Shown here piece after piece: positions 11,056 through 23,769 of a DNA stretch of 64,000 nt; position 1 is the first letter of the stretch, and the number at the start of each line of letters is the position of its first letter. The DNA is from Takakia lepidozioides (taxonomy: Eukaryota; Plantae; Bryophyta), in assembly GCA_030704615.1 (NCBI GenBank), contig CM060731.1:22506001-22570000 (forward strand), in the 5' to 3' direction. The position numbers and the translations under genes were made by a program. The notes beneath the pieces were generated by a model. That model made no database searches. It saw nothing but the letters and a program-made list of their open reading frames with translations, and was not told the origin of the DNA.

Positions 11056-12081
11056 ATGGAAGACACATTTGCGGAAATGGTCGCTACATTGCAGAGTCTT
11101 GAGCTCCAGATGCAAGAACTTCGTGCCTCTACTGCCCAACTACAAGCTGATCAGTCTCAAGATCTTGGCAACGCTCTCCAACAATTTGCAACAACAAACA
11201 ATGGATCTTCAACCTTACGAGTCCCTACTACAACAAATCCTACTGCAACAGTTCTTCCAAATCTTAAACAAATTACAAGGGAATCAAAAGTCAACATGCC
11301 CGAGAAATTTGATGGGACGAGATCAAGATTTCGTGGTTTTATTCAATAAATGCGATTGTTCCTACGACTACATCCACAACGCTACCCTGATGAAGGTATT
11401 CAAGTGGGATTCGTGGGCACCCTTCTATCAGGTATTGCCCTATCTTGGTTTGCACCGCTATTAGAGAAAAATTCGCATTTACTATACAATTTTGAAGCGT
11501 TCATGTCCGAGTTCACTGCAACGTTTGGAGAGAATGATACAGAGAGAGTTGCAGAGACAAAGATGCGAAATCTTCGACAATGAGCACGTCCAGCTTCCGT
11601 TTATGCTGCCGAATTTTGACAACTTATGTGCGATATCGACTGGAATGAGAAGAGCCTCATTTGTCAGTTTCGATGTGGCCTAAAAGAAGATGTAAAAGAT
11701 TTGTTGCTGACAATGTCAAACGTGAATACACTGAGCGAATTCATCACCCAAGTCATTGCATGTGATAATCGTTTGTTCGAAAGACGTCAAGAGAAGCGAT
11801 TTGGATGGTCGACGATGCACCATGCCGCTGCTACTACGACACCAAACACAATGACCCATCAGACATCCGGTAATGATCCTATGCAGATTGATGTTTTCCG
11901 ATTCAAGCCATTGACGCCACAAGAAAAACAAAGACGGCGCTCGAATGGATTATGTCTTTATTACGGAGAAGAGGATTACATAACATTAAACTGCCCCAAC
12001 AAGAGAAGATTCAAAGCTCGGGGCACAACTCAAGTGTTCGATATGAGGAGGTCGGAAAACGAAGATGTCCAGTCACAGTAA
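11056..12081 (+). pseudogene. gag: gag (in-frame stops)
   Basis: PEKFDGTRSRFRGF, LLSGIALSWF, DPMQID and a degenerate zinc knuckle LCLYYGEEDY..NCP. Confidence 0.9.
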
Positions 12082-12099
12082 AGACCATGTGGCTGGACA

Positions 12100-15000
12100 C
12101 CCCAAATTCCTCACCCAAAAAAGGTCTCTTTCTACCTCCAGACCCTGTACCTTGTTTAAAGATCAGGATGCAAAATTGAGATATCTCCGTAGAAGCACTT
12201 TTGGACTCGGGCGCTTCAGCGTGTTTTATTGACAAAGACTTTGCGAAGCAACACAATTTAACGCTCGTAAGAAAGAAATTCTCGGCCCCTGTTGAAGTCA
12301 TCGATGGACGACCGTTAGCATCAGGAAATATTGACCATGAAACTCGACCCCTTGAAGTGAAGCTTAAAAATCAAGCATCACAGATTGTTTTCAATGTCAT
12401 CCAGTCTCCAACGAATCTTGTGATCCTTGGACTTCCCTGGTTTGTACTTCATAATCCTGACATCGACTAGCGATCACGAAAAATTTCGGCAAGACAAAAA
12501 TGCAAAAGTACCAAAGGTATTCAACCCCTATTTCTTGGAGCTAGAGCCTTCATGAGAGCTACGAAGAAAGACGCGATATTTGCACTTTATGCGACTTCGA
12601 TCAAAACCACAACAGACTAACGTACTTCAACATTACCCACTCAATATCAAGATTTCAAGGATGTCTTCGAGAAGAAAAATGCAGACATGTTGCCAGAACA
12701 TCGACCTTATGATTGTGCAATTGAGTTGCAAGAAGGAGCTCAACCACCATTCGGCCCGATCTACAATTTATCTCAGACGGAGTTGGCTGCTTTACGCGAA
12801 TACATTGATGAAAATTTGTCAAAGAATTTCATTCGACATTCGAAATCACCCGCGGGAGCACCTATCTTATTTGTGAAGAAGAAGGACGGATCGTTACGGA
12901 TGTGTGTGGACTATCATGGGCTCAACAAAGTCACTATAAAAAATTGTTACCTACTACCGCTGATTTCCGGACTCCTCGAACAACTTGGACGAGCAAATTT
13001 TTTCACAAAAATCGACTTGAGATGAGCTTACAACCTTGTACAAATACAAGAAGGAGACGAATGGAAAACTGTTTTTCGCATAAGGTATGGACATTTCGAA
13101 TACAGTGTTATGTCTTTCGGTCTTACAAATGCTCCAGCAATTTTTCAACACATGATGAATGACATCTTTCGAGAATTTTTAGATGACTTTGTAGTCATCT
13201 ATTTGGACGACATTTTGATATTCTCATAGAATGAAGAAAAACATGGTCGCCATGTATGCCTTGTCCTTGATAAATTGAGGGAAAAAAGACTATATGCCAA
13301 GTTGGAAAAATATATTTTCCACCAATCTGAAGTCGAATTTTTGGGCTACATTATTTCCGACAAATGAGTCTTTATGGATCAGAAGAAAATACAAACCATC
13401 ATCGAGTGGATTAAACCAACTTCGGTCCGAGATGTACAATGTTTTCTAGGATTTGCAAATTTCTATAGAATCTTCATCAAGGACTACTCCAAAATTGCTG
13501 CACCATTAACACGACTCACATGGAATAACAAATTTATATGGGACGAGAAGGCTGACCAAACATTTGAAAGGCTGAAGCAGACATTTACAACGGCTCTAAT
13601 ACTGGTACATGCAGACCCATCTAAACCATTTTTTTTGGAAGCAGATGCATCAGACTTTGCACTTGGCGCGGTACACTCTCAATACGTTGCAGATGGCCGA
13701 CTTCACCATGTTGGTTTTCGTTCTTGCAAATTTTCTGCTGCGGAGATCAATCATGAAATCCATGACAAAGAACTTTTAACGATTATCGATGCTTTTGAGG
13801 AGTGACGTCATCTATTGGAGGGAGCTTATAAACATCAGGTCACTGTCTATACCGATAACAAAAACCTCGAGTATTTTATGAGTGCTCGTGTTTTGAATTG
13901 ACGTCAAGCAAGATGGAGTATGTCACTAGCAAGGTTTGATTTTGTTATTACCTACCGTCCCGGACATCTTCAAAGAAAACTAGATGCTCTTTCTCGACGA
14001 TCGTATCTTGCGCCAAAAGAAGGGGATGCAACTTTTGACCAACAGAAATCCATCATCTTCAAACCAACAAATCTCCAATTGAATATGTTATCCATGTCCA
14101 CCTATGACAATGTAGAGATTATAAAGGAGATTCAGGAAGCACTGAAGAGCGACCAATTTGCCACGACATTACGAAGTCAACTAAATTGACCTCGAGACAA
14201 CCCACATGTTACAAATGACTTCGAATTCAAAGATGACTTACTTTATTTCAAGGGACTTCTCTATGTACCACCAGGACCTACACGACTTCGAATTCTTCAA
14301 ATATGTCATGATGTTCCGACTGCAGGACATTTCGGCTTCAACAAAACAATGGAATTGATATCGAGTGACTATTGGTGGCCGTAGATGTGGAAACTCGTGA
14401 AAGAATTTATAAAATTTTGCGACACGTGTGCTAGAGCGAAGGGACCACGACATCGACCTTACGGCCTTCTTCAACCATTACCCATTCCCAAGGGTCCATC
14501 GTCGTCCGTGTCTATGGACTTTATTACGAATCTTCCAATTTCCAATACCACTGATTCAATCCTTGTTATTGTAGATCGTTTTACAAAGATGACACATTTC
14601 ATTCCGTGTAATAAGACGGTTACCGGCGAGGAAACTGCAAGACTCTTCCTCAATATCAAATTTCTGGAGGGGATTATTTCACATATTGGATACTAAGATC
14701 AACCTCTCTACATCTAATCATCCACAGACTGATGGTCAAACCGAACGTATAAACCCAGATTTTGGAACAGTATCTTCGCTGTACGATAAATTATCACCAA
14801 GATAATTGGACGGACCTTCTGTCATTAGCTGAGTTTGCATAAAACAACATCATACATTCTTCGACAAAGCAAACTCCATTTTTCTCCAATTATGGTCATC
14901 ATCCTCGAGCAAACTTTTTCCACATGAAGATTGTTGGAAGCCCTGCTGTAGAAAAACTTGCTACTTATCTTGCTACAATTCACAAGGAACTTACATTCCA

Positions 15001-15512
15001 CCTCGCAGAAGCTCAAAAATAATACAAGGAGTATGCAGATCAACATCGCCAACTCCAACCCCAGTTTAAGGTCGGAGATCGTGTGTGGCTTCTTTGACGG
15101 GACATACAAACCTCGCGTCCATCAAGAAAGTTGGATTTATCAACGCCTGAGACCATTCAAAATTATTTGACAAATAAATCCGGTCAGTTTTCGGCTTGAA
15201 CTCCTACGAAGTATGCACATCCATCCAGTCTTTCATGTTTCATTATTGGAGTTGTATCATCCATCGAATATTCCAGGGAGAGTCTCCGTACCACCTCCAC
15301 CAATCGAAGTCAATCAGGAAATTGAGTATGAAATCGACGAAATTTTAGACTCTCGCATCAAGTATAAACGTCTTGAGTATTTCGTAGATTGGAAATGCTA
15401 CGACATCAGCAAACGAACGTGGGAACCTTCATCCAACCTCGCCAATGCATCTGACAAAGTCCAAGAGTTTCATCAACGATATCCAGCTAAGCCCCGAGCT
15501 ACACGTCAATAA
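12100..15512 (+). pseudogene. pol: pol: protease, RT, RNase H, integrase and chromodomain; many stops
   Basis: [51 protein letters not shown], and the chromodomain EYEIDEILDSR..EYFVDWKCY..TWEP (about 15320-15490). Confidence 0.92.
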
Positions 15513-16116
15513 GACGTCACAATGATGATGTCCGCCAAGTTAGCTTCAAGGTGAAGACTCCACATTCAATATACCTTATACACGTTAAGGAGGGAGGAGC
15601 ACCACACATCAGTATATATAGCTACACTTCCAACACTCTTGCATCTTGTATTGGCAGCATGGAGTCACATGAATCAGATACATTGGAGTTGTCGCTTACC
15701 CAACTACCAGATCAGCCGTTCCGACTCTCACGATCTTCAATATCACGCCGACGCTCTCGAGACGATGGGCCACCAATGCGACGCGTACTTCCTCGTCTAG
15801 ACCCCGTACGACGACAAGTGGAGCCCACTCGAAGTCTGATAATTCTATTGGAGGTTGAGGCTTCGGACCCAGAGGGCAACGAAATTATGTTTGAAGACAG
15901 TTTCGAAAATCAGAATGCTCAAATCACTGCGTGGTCCCCAAGTTCGAGGTGTTGGACACTATTGATGGTTACAGGGACCTATAAATCATTTGAGTCAAGA
16001 ACGAAGAGCCGAGTACTTGACAAGTATCATTCGCCGGATTTTGAATTTTCTCCAACTCTAAGCAAGTCCAAGATTTTACCGCTCCTCGAGGAACTCGACG
16101 CTAGAGGAGGGGGTGA

Positions 16117-16802
16117 TGTCACGGACATAGCCCAGAAGAACGACGAAAATCTGATTGTTATGAAAATCTGATTGTTGCGAAAAAACGTCTCACGATTTTT
16201 CTTCTTCTATCTTTTCCCTTTATATTCTTTACCTACCAGGAATAAATACCAAAAATTACCAAGTTACCATGTTACCAAAAGTTATCATGATTTACCGTAA
16301 TTTATCATGATCTACCATGATTTACCATTAGTTACCAAGTTACCGGAAGTTTACCAAATTACCAAAAGTTACTTGGGAAACTGCTCATGAAGCTTCTTTT
16401 GGAGGAAACTTCTCCATCAAGATACCTCATTTGTTTAAGGAAGCTTCTCCATCAAGAAACCTCTATAGGGGAAGCTTCTTAGGGAACTTCTTAGTAACCA
16501 GTATATATAGGAGGCGAGACTGGACACTCTTCAGTCTCGCCAACACCAGTTCAAGCTACTCTTGTTTCCAGTTTCCAGTACTCTAGCCCAGTTTCCAGTA
16601 TTTGGTACTCCAGTCCAGTTTCCAGCATTCCAGTATTCAAGTCGTATTCCAATATCTTGTACTCTTGTTCATTGTTATAAAGATCGTCTGGATTCCTATT
16701 TACTCATCATGCATTCGGCCACGCCGACCTCGACTTCTTGTCTAGTCTTGTACCTCTAGTCTGATCTCTTATTTGTGTTCAGTCATGTTATCGTTCTTGA
16801 CA
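16117..16802 (+). repeat. 3' LTR of the Tcn1-like element
   Basis: TGTCACGGACATAGCCCAGAA...CTTGACA, a direct repeat of 10407-11017. Confidence 0.93.
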
Positions 16803-19143
16803 AATCGCCACAACTAATTCTAGACTGCACATTAACAATCGATCATTATAAGCTGGGAGAAATCCGGAGATGAACCATAAAACACTTTGAGATTTTTCTG
16901 TTTATATTTATCATGCTGTTACAGTGAATAAAACACTTGGGCAGGGCGGGGTATTACACGCCGGCGCATTGCATTGGACAGCGAGGGCGGTGCATTACAG
17001 ATGTACGGAATGCTCTGTCGTGCCTTGCTTGCTTGCACATGTTTAATGTAGGGATGGACCCCTCGTGTCGGGTATCCCTTGATAAATGGGCAGTCCCTAT
17101 GGTGGTTCTGGACCTTAAATCGAAGAATACCCGACACGAGGGGCCATCTACTATCCTTAAAGCCGTATGTCACATGACACTTGCGGGTGTTGTCAGGGAA
17201 TATTGACGCCTAGCAGCTAACAGCCGAAAGTGATTGTGGACGGCTCATAATGAGACAATGATTATACAGTGTGATGAATCCGTAGGTACAGCGATGTGTC
17301 CTCTGGCAGATTGTGTTCGAAATGACTGCCTAGGCGTGCCACATGGGTGGTCACATGTGCGTATAGGGCGTGGGTTAAGGTTTGGCGGCTTCGAATCTAT
17401 TTTAAGATTTTTGTAAGCGTGAGGGTTGTAGAGTCTGACCAATGGCGTCATTACAGTCATTTCGTCCTTTATTCATTTGTCTGTCCAGTCGTCTGTCCAT
17501 TAAACGTGTGTGCATTCGTCTGTCAATTTGGAACAAAAGTTGAACTAATTTCATCTGTGTGGATGGACAATATTAATGTTAGTTTGCGTGGATGGGGCAG
17601 AACATCCATTTGGGCCGCGCGACCGTTTGATTTCGGACAGAGGCGATGGTTCAGAATCATCCTTGAAGGTCGCTTATAAGGGGTGCGCTCTTTGAGCCCG
17701 GCCTTTGGGCTTCCCATTTTCTACGCGTAAGCGTTGCGCGAGTGAGAGCTTGATAGTTGAGAGAGGAGAGCGTGAAAGAGAAGAGTTTTGGAGCGCGTTT
17801 TGCAGCAACTGGACACTGGAACGTGGAAAGAAAGAGAGCAGATTTGGCCAAGCGCAGAGAGAGGAGAGGATAAAAGGTGAGAGAGTGAAATAGGCAAAAT
17901 TTGAAGAGCGGGGAGGAGAGACAAGACAGTGGCGAGTGGAAATTGACGAGTGCAGAGGCGATATCACAGTGCAATTACCGGCAGGCGGAGATGCGGAAGA
18001 GAGTATCAAACGAAGGACTGTGGTTGCAGGAGCACCAAAATGGCCGGCACAAGCAGGTACAACATTGAAAACTCCATCTTTTCATCTTCTGTTTCATGTT
18101 TTGTGTTGGCCTGTTCTCAATTCATGTGTCGGCCTGTTATCAGTTTTGTATTGGCCCGCTCTCGATTCATGTAACCTGTTCTCGATTCAATTCGTTTGGA
18201 TCCTGCTTCATTCTATGCTGCATTGCACTTTCTTCAGTGCACTCTCATCTCTGCTTCAGTGCTTCAGTCCGTGCTTCAGTGCACATTAGGTTTCTGTTTC
18301 ATTGTCTGCTTCGTTGTTTGCTTCATTCCTGCTTCATTCTCTGTCAATTCATTTCAATCCTGCTCCATTCTGTGCTTCAGTGCACTCCTGCTTCATTGCT
18401 TCAATGTTGTTTTTCAATTCACCGATGGTTTGTAGGGTGGTTTTGTGTGCAATATGGTTTGTGTGTGCTTGTTTTGGTCGATTAGGGTAATGGTTTAGGG
18501 TGGCGGGAGATTATCGTGCTGGTTGTATTGCTTGTTTTGTTCATTGTGGTACGTGGTTTTTTGAAGACAATGGTTTCGGAAATGTCCAGATGTTTATTAC
18601 TCAACCGTTTTCTTGATCCCCAAATCCAGCGTTAGTTTGTTCTTGTCAATCAATAGTTGATGCATTTCTTCCCATTCAAATTCGATTCTGAATGGAAATT
18701 TTTATTTCTTATTCAATTTTGTCGAATTTGGCAATTATGAAAAACCCACGATAGCCTAGTCTACTTGTATTCTACAGTAGACATAGGCTAACAGTAGGCT
18801 TCGTGCAGGCCATAGTAGACTATTTGTAGACCCATGTCATGCACATGAGGAACAAAAAACTGGAACCTCCATTGCCCAATAGAGGTTCACATGAATTCTG
18901 TATGGGGAAGCTGAAAGACATTTTTTTAAAGTAAGGACGAAATCGGATAATTCCGGGAAAAATGAAAATCAGTGTGAGACGATGTAGGAACGAGTGATGG
19001 AATCATATGTGTAACATTGTAAGTGTGAGACATACTTTCCAACGAAACTGGAATACGATAACTGGGAACCTCCACTATCCAGTGGAGGTTCAATATTTCT
19101 TTGGGTCAGCGAGTTACACACTCTGATTATTTTTTCTGTCAGT

Positions 19144-19818
19144 ATGAGAAAGAGGAGCGTGGGTGGGGAACCGGTGTCTGACGATGAGTACAAGACCGTC
19201 AGCTTAAAGTGGAGCAAGAGACGGTGTTCGGTAGACGTGATGGAAGCAGACCATCCAGATCAATAACATGGTGTTTTGGAACCAGATGAAAAATCCAGTT
19301 GGGGGTCTACCGAGCCGAACAAAGTGTTTGGGATTGATGAAAATGTGACTGTAGAATCCCCGCGAAACGCAGCTGAATCTCCCAACAATAGACCTCAAGA
19401 CTACTCCACAGATACCCTAGTGGAAATAAGAGATACCCTGGCGGAAATAAGAGATAGCCTTCATGAAAACAATGATGTCAACGGATCTCCTGCCTACTCC
19501 CAAGATTATCTGACATATACCCCTCCAGACTATTCCCCGGACACATTGGCGGCGATACGAGAGACCGTTTTTGGATTTCCCGCATCTCCGGGTTACTCGC
19601 CGGCATTTCCTGAATCCACAACAGGATCTGCAGGATATTACCCTCCAAACTTTTCCCTAGACACTGCAACGAGACCGGGAGTCCTGGAACTCTAGGACGT
19701 CTCCGGATCTCCAGGATACTCCCCTACGTCTCCTGATAGTGTCACCAGATCCCCGAAATATACCCCTCCAGACTATTCGTCTGATACACTCAGGGAGATC
19801 AAAAGGAGCATTTTGTAG
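19144..19818 (+). pseudogene. Small Ser/Pro/Tyr-rich protein with RNA Pol II CTD-like heptads (two in-frame stops)
   Basis: ATG follows a GT-AG intron (19019-19142). One frame runs through TAA at 19264 and TAG at 19693 and contains SPAYSQD, PDYSPD, SPGYSPAFP, SPGYSPTSP and SPKYTPP. Confidence 0.55.
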
Positions 19819-20050
19819 TTCTTGGGGTACATAACCTAGACTCGTCTGAATATAATAGACGAAGTCTGCGCGAGAAGTCCCTGAGTATTTTTTGGAGGAA
19901 TTAGGTTAAGAGATTTCATTTGTAGATTTGTCATGTTTCAGGATGATGTATTCAGTGGTTCCTGAGCCTCATTTTCATTAAAGTTTCTTTCTACAACATC
20001 TGTATAATAGGGAAGATTTCCGCTTTCATGTAGAAAGCCTCATACATATG

Positions 20051-20074
20051 AACCTCCACTGTCCAGTGGAGGTT
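20051..20074. repeat. 24-bp palindrome AACCTCCACTG-NN-CAGTGGAGGTT (perfect copy)
   Basis: AACCTCCACTG TC CAGTGGAGGTT. Confidence 0.9.
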
Positions 20075-21180
20075 CCTATATATGGAATGATGGATGCTAG
20101 TAAGAGAGATCTTGTTATTTTATTATCTAATGAATTTGTGTTTGGTTGTAACAGAAGACATCCCACGCCACCAGATTGCGTCCCGGGATTGATTGGAGAT
20201 ATTTGTGGCGCATTCATATGCCAGAAGTCCTCAAATTTCAAAACTGACCATACCGCAATTTTTGAGCTGAACCCAGAGGTGACAGATTGGGGCATCGTCC
20301 TTGTGGATACACCCCCTGATCACAAGCTGTCTTTTCATTACAGAAGTCTTGGAGTAATAACAGACTTAAAATACGCAGAAGCTCTCAATATAGAGCTTGA
20401 ATCTGAAGAGGAAAACCCGATGTTGGTTTTGTTCCTGTATGAGGATGCGAGAACCCCCAGGACGTTTGGTTTCAAAATGGAGGTGGGTCATCTGAATAAG
20501 TCGTTGATGAGTGAATGCATTGGACTGGGTTTTAGATTTCCCGACGAGGGCTCAGTATTTACCGACGTAGGTTTGTCGAGGGCCTGGAGTATTTTTCTGG
20601 ATCTTCTGCACGCAATGGGGAACGACATTCGCAAGAAGTGAGCACTAGAGGAAGCATCGAAGCCGAAGAAGGGAAAACGCAAGTCGTCGACAGCCGGCAA
20701 TGATGAGAATGAGGCCGGGACTTCTGCAGGAAAGAAGAAACAGAAGGAGGATCAGGATCCAACATGGATGACAGATAACAAAAGACCTAAAACTGGGGAG
20801 ATTTTCGACAAGGAAAAGTGAAGATGGAGGAGAGGCTCACGAAGGAATACAACGACGTATTTCCGTTTGGATTCGAGAGTACCTTCCTTGTGAAGGTTTC
20901 CATGATGGAACTAGCTCCAAGGAGCATGGTTTACAGGCCGTTAAATATCAAGCATAAGGACGAAGTGAAAGCGTGACTCTTCCAGCTTCATTTGTTCGAC
21001 TCCAAACATCCGGAGTATCTTGCGCCAATCAACCCTTCCAATCCCGAGAAGATTGCTTCATCGCGATCGAAGCAATGGAAAGAAATAGACGTATCCAGGT
21101 TCTTCATCATTGGTGGACAACACACCATCGTGGCCACAAAGGTAATGGACTTCATTTCCACCCAGCCCTCTCTTTTAACG

Positions 21181-21204
21181 AACCTCCACTGGGCAGTGGA
21201 GGTT
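21181..21204. repeat. 24-bp palindrome AACCTCCACTG-NN-CAGTGGAGGTT (perfect copy, intronic)
   Basis: Lies inside the predicted intron 21142-21223. Confidence 0.9.
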
Positions 21205-23769
21205 GGTGTTCCCACTCCTGAAGCTATCAAAGCTCCTCAATGATCCCAATAAGGCGCAAAAATTTAATACAACAATGCCGGAGAAAGTTGCGCATGCGCG
21301 AATGTTATTCAACCTGAGGGGGAAGCCAAAGAAATACAACCATCACACCACCAAGTCCGAGACGAAACAATGGAAGGTATGCATTTATGGAATGAAAATC
21401 TACTATTCACCTTCATTTTATGCTAAAGAATACTTCTGTTGTCGGAGTGACACATAATTTTTCCGTGGATGAATATGCAGGAGTTCATGTTTGCCTGTCA
21501 TTTGATACTTGAAATTGGTAGCACTAAGGAGACAATGGTCCTGGTACTTTGCGACGACGACATTTGGAAGATCTGGGAAGATGTGTTCAAACGCTGGGAG
21601 CAGGGAAAGCTTCTCGACCCGCTTGGGATACAGTACAAGGGTGAACAGCAACAACTCACGAAATCCGCTTCGTCAATACAATTTTTGAAGATGACTCTGT
21701 GGTATTTGAGGCCAATGACTATGTGAACATACTGGAAGCTTTTGTGGCTCGGAAAATGAACATGAGTGCTTTTGTTTTCTTATCGACTCAACCGTCCTCG
21801 GGCAATCTGGTCTCCTACATCCAAAATGGTCCCAGAAGAACATTGTATCTTGTCCGGCAGGGATTTGATGTTCCGGGGGAGTATGAAAATGTTTACAAAA
21901 ATAGCACGAAGACTTTCTCTCGGACTATCCTGTGCCTGGACTACGTTTTCCAAGCGACACTTGAGGAGATGCAGAATCTGGACGAGCACATCGCGACAGT
22001 GTACTTAATTGAGCCAATTCAGCCGATTCTTGAAGGGCCTTCTGGGAAGCCATCAGCTTTTGAAGAAGAGTGCAAGATTTATAATCATGAGCTACGAGGT
22101 GACACCTACGACTATTTGGCCTCCCTGTTTTGTCGAGACGGGATGTCTGCTGTCAACATCTTCGGAGGCGTGATGTTGACGTATGCCCTTCATGTAAGTG
22201 TAAAACATGTTTGCATTTTAAATACGATTTTTACATTTTTGATCGAACACGTCCTCTGTTTTACTGACTGGGATTTATCTGCAGGCAAGAAACATTTGAG
22301 TGCTTGACATCAACCACTCAACCAAAAAAATATTTTGCAAAAGAAAAGTTGAAGGAAATTTTAAGAAGCTTCAAATTGAGAATGACAATGTTGCTGAAGA
22401 GGTTGACGGCGAAGACGATGATGAGGATGAGGAAGTGGAGGATGAAGATTTGGAAGAAAGATGAGGACATTCCGAACACAGGGAGGAGGAGGAGGGCATC
22501 GAAGGTAATGAGGACAATGAGGGCCACAATGGAAACAATGCAGACCCTTGGGGGGCTGGACACCTTGATTTGATTCAGGACTTCAGAACTCAGTCACTGG
22601 ATAGACTTGAGAACACCACGGAAGATGGTGCGGTCCCCAAGGTCGTGATTCGGGACGGGGATTCGAGTTCAAGCGAGAGAACTAAGAATAATCCTCCTTC
22701 ACCCTCAAGGGATGCCGAGGCCAGCTCAATCGAGGTGGGCCGAAATCTTGTTCGGAGTGCAGAAGACTGGTTCAAACCTGTAGAAGGGGATGAGCCGGCG
22801 CCAATGTGTAGAGAGAGCGAGGACAAAGAGCCTATGTCCCACAAAAGACAACAAACACAAAGCGAGGACTAAGAGCCCGTCTCCTGCAAAACGGGACAGT
22901 GGTGACAAAGCCAGGACTAAAAGCCCGTCTCTCGGAAAAAACAGGGGAGGCAGAGGTCGGACTCAAAGCCCAACTGACTCTCAAAGTGTCTCCGAACATG
23001 TCAATGTGGATGTAGGTAACGAATGATACCTAGAGATTTATGGCGTCTTTAAGTATTTTAAATGAAACAAATTGTGTGTTGCATCTGGTTGTGTTCTGGT
23101 TGTGTTTTTGACAATAGCTAATCTGTATTTTGATTTTTGTTTGTCGTCATCTTCCCACCTTCTTCAACTTTACATGTGACTGACGGTTACGAAAACTCAT
23201 ATAGATCCATGAATGGAAATTGGAGGAAATTACACAAACCCGGACAGAATCCATCGCGACTCAAACAGTGAGGAGGCAGGTGGACTTAACAATCAGGGTC
23301 AGCCAACCTGATCTGGTCATACAAGCAACCTCCACTGTCTAGTCGACGTTGCGAGATGGAGGAAATGAGTCGGAGATGGTCGTTGCTCAGCGTGAAGGAA
23401 AGAGATGGAGTAGCCACAGCGGAATCCCTCTCCGAAACGGGTATACACTACATAACCATCTTAGAAATGTTCTTCTTTGTCCTTCTTCTAGTTTTCAAAA
23501 CGAATTAATTGTTCTGTTATTCCACATGATGATATGATTCACCCTCCAATCGACTATCACCAATCTGTGAACCCACATGATTAGTATCGCCTTTCTGAGG
23601 GACCGAATGGATGTCGACCAGGATACTACGTCCTGGTCCTTGACGTCGGTTACCTTGGTGAGGTATACCTCCGAGATGGCTCGAGATCCCCTCCCGCAAC
23701 CCATCTTTGTGTATGCGCTGGAAAATTATGGGGTAAGTCTGAAACTGATCAAGCATTTGAGAAGCTCAA

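Larger units (their letters stand above)
10407..16802 (+). mobile_element. Full-length decayed Ty3/Gypsy chromovirus (Tcn1-like)
   Basis: TG...CA LTRs at 10407-11017 and 16117-16802, 5-bp TSD AATCG (10402-10406 and 16803-16807), PPT AGAGGAGGGGGTGA at 16103-16116, and gag-PR-RT-RH-INT-chromodomain remnants. Confidence 0.95.
20048..23026 (+). pseudogene. Multi-exon TE accessory protein with a ParB/Srx-like domain, a possible degenerate beta-class MTase-like region, and acidic and RTKSPS-repeat tails
   Basis: 20881-21141 reads VKVSMMELAPRSMVYRPLNIKHKDEVKA*L..PEYLAP..FFIIGGQHTIVATK. GT-AG introns at 21142-21223 and about 22194-22283. Near 22080-22320 it reads YNHELRGDTYDYLASLFCRDGMSAVNIFGG..ARNI*VLDIN. 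Confidence 0.55.
4913..23350. mobile_element. Large degenerate DNA-transposon-like unit with divergent genes, interrupted by a Tcn1-like retrotransposon; ends not defined
   Basis: A transposase pseudogene on the minus strand and accessory pseudogenes on the plus strand share the same 24-bp palindrome on both sides of the nested LTR element. No TIR or TSD was found. Confidence 0.5.

Noticed and set aside
15551-16171. Extra env-like ORF in the Tcn1-like element
   Set aside because: It starts at GTG, has no recognisable motif or transmembrane pattern, and runs into the LTR; unsupported.
7909-23350. Palindromic 24-bp repeats as a CRISPR array
   Set aside because: Spacing is irregular (hundreds to thousands of bp), there are no cas genes, and the context is eukaryotic and intron-containing.
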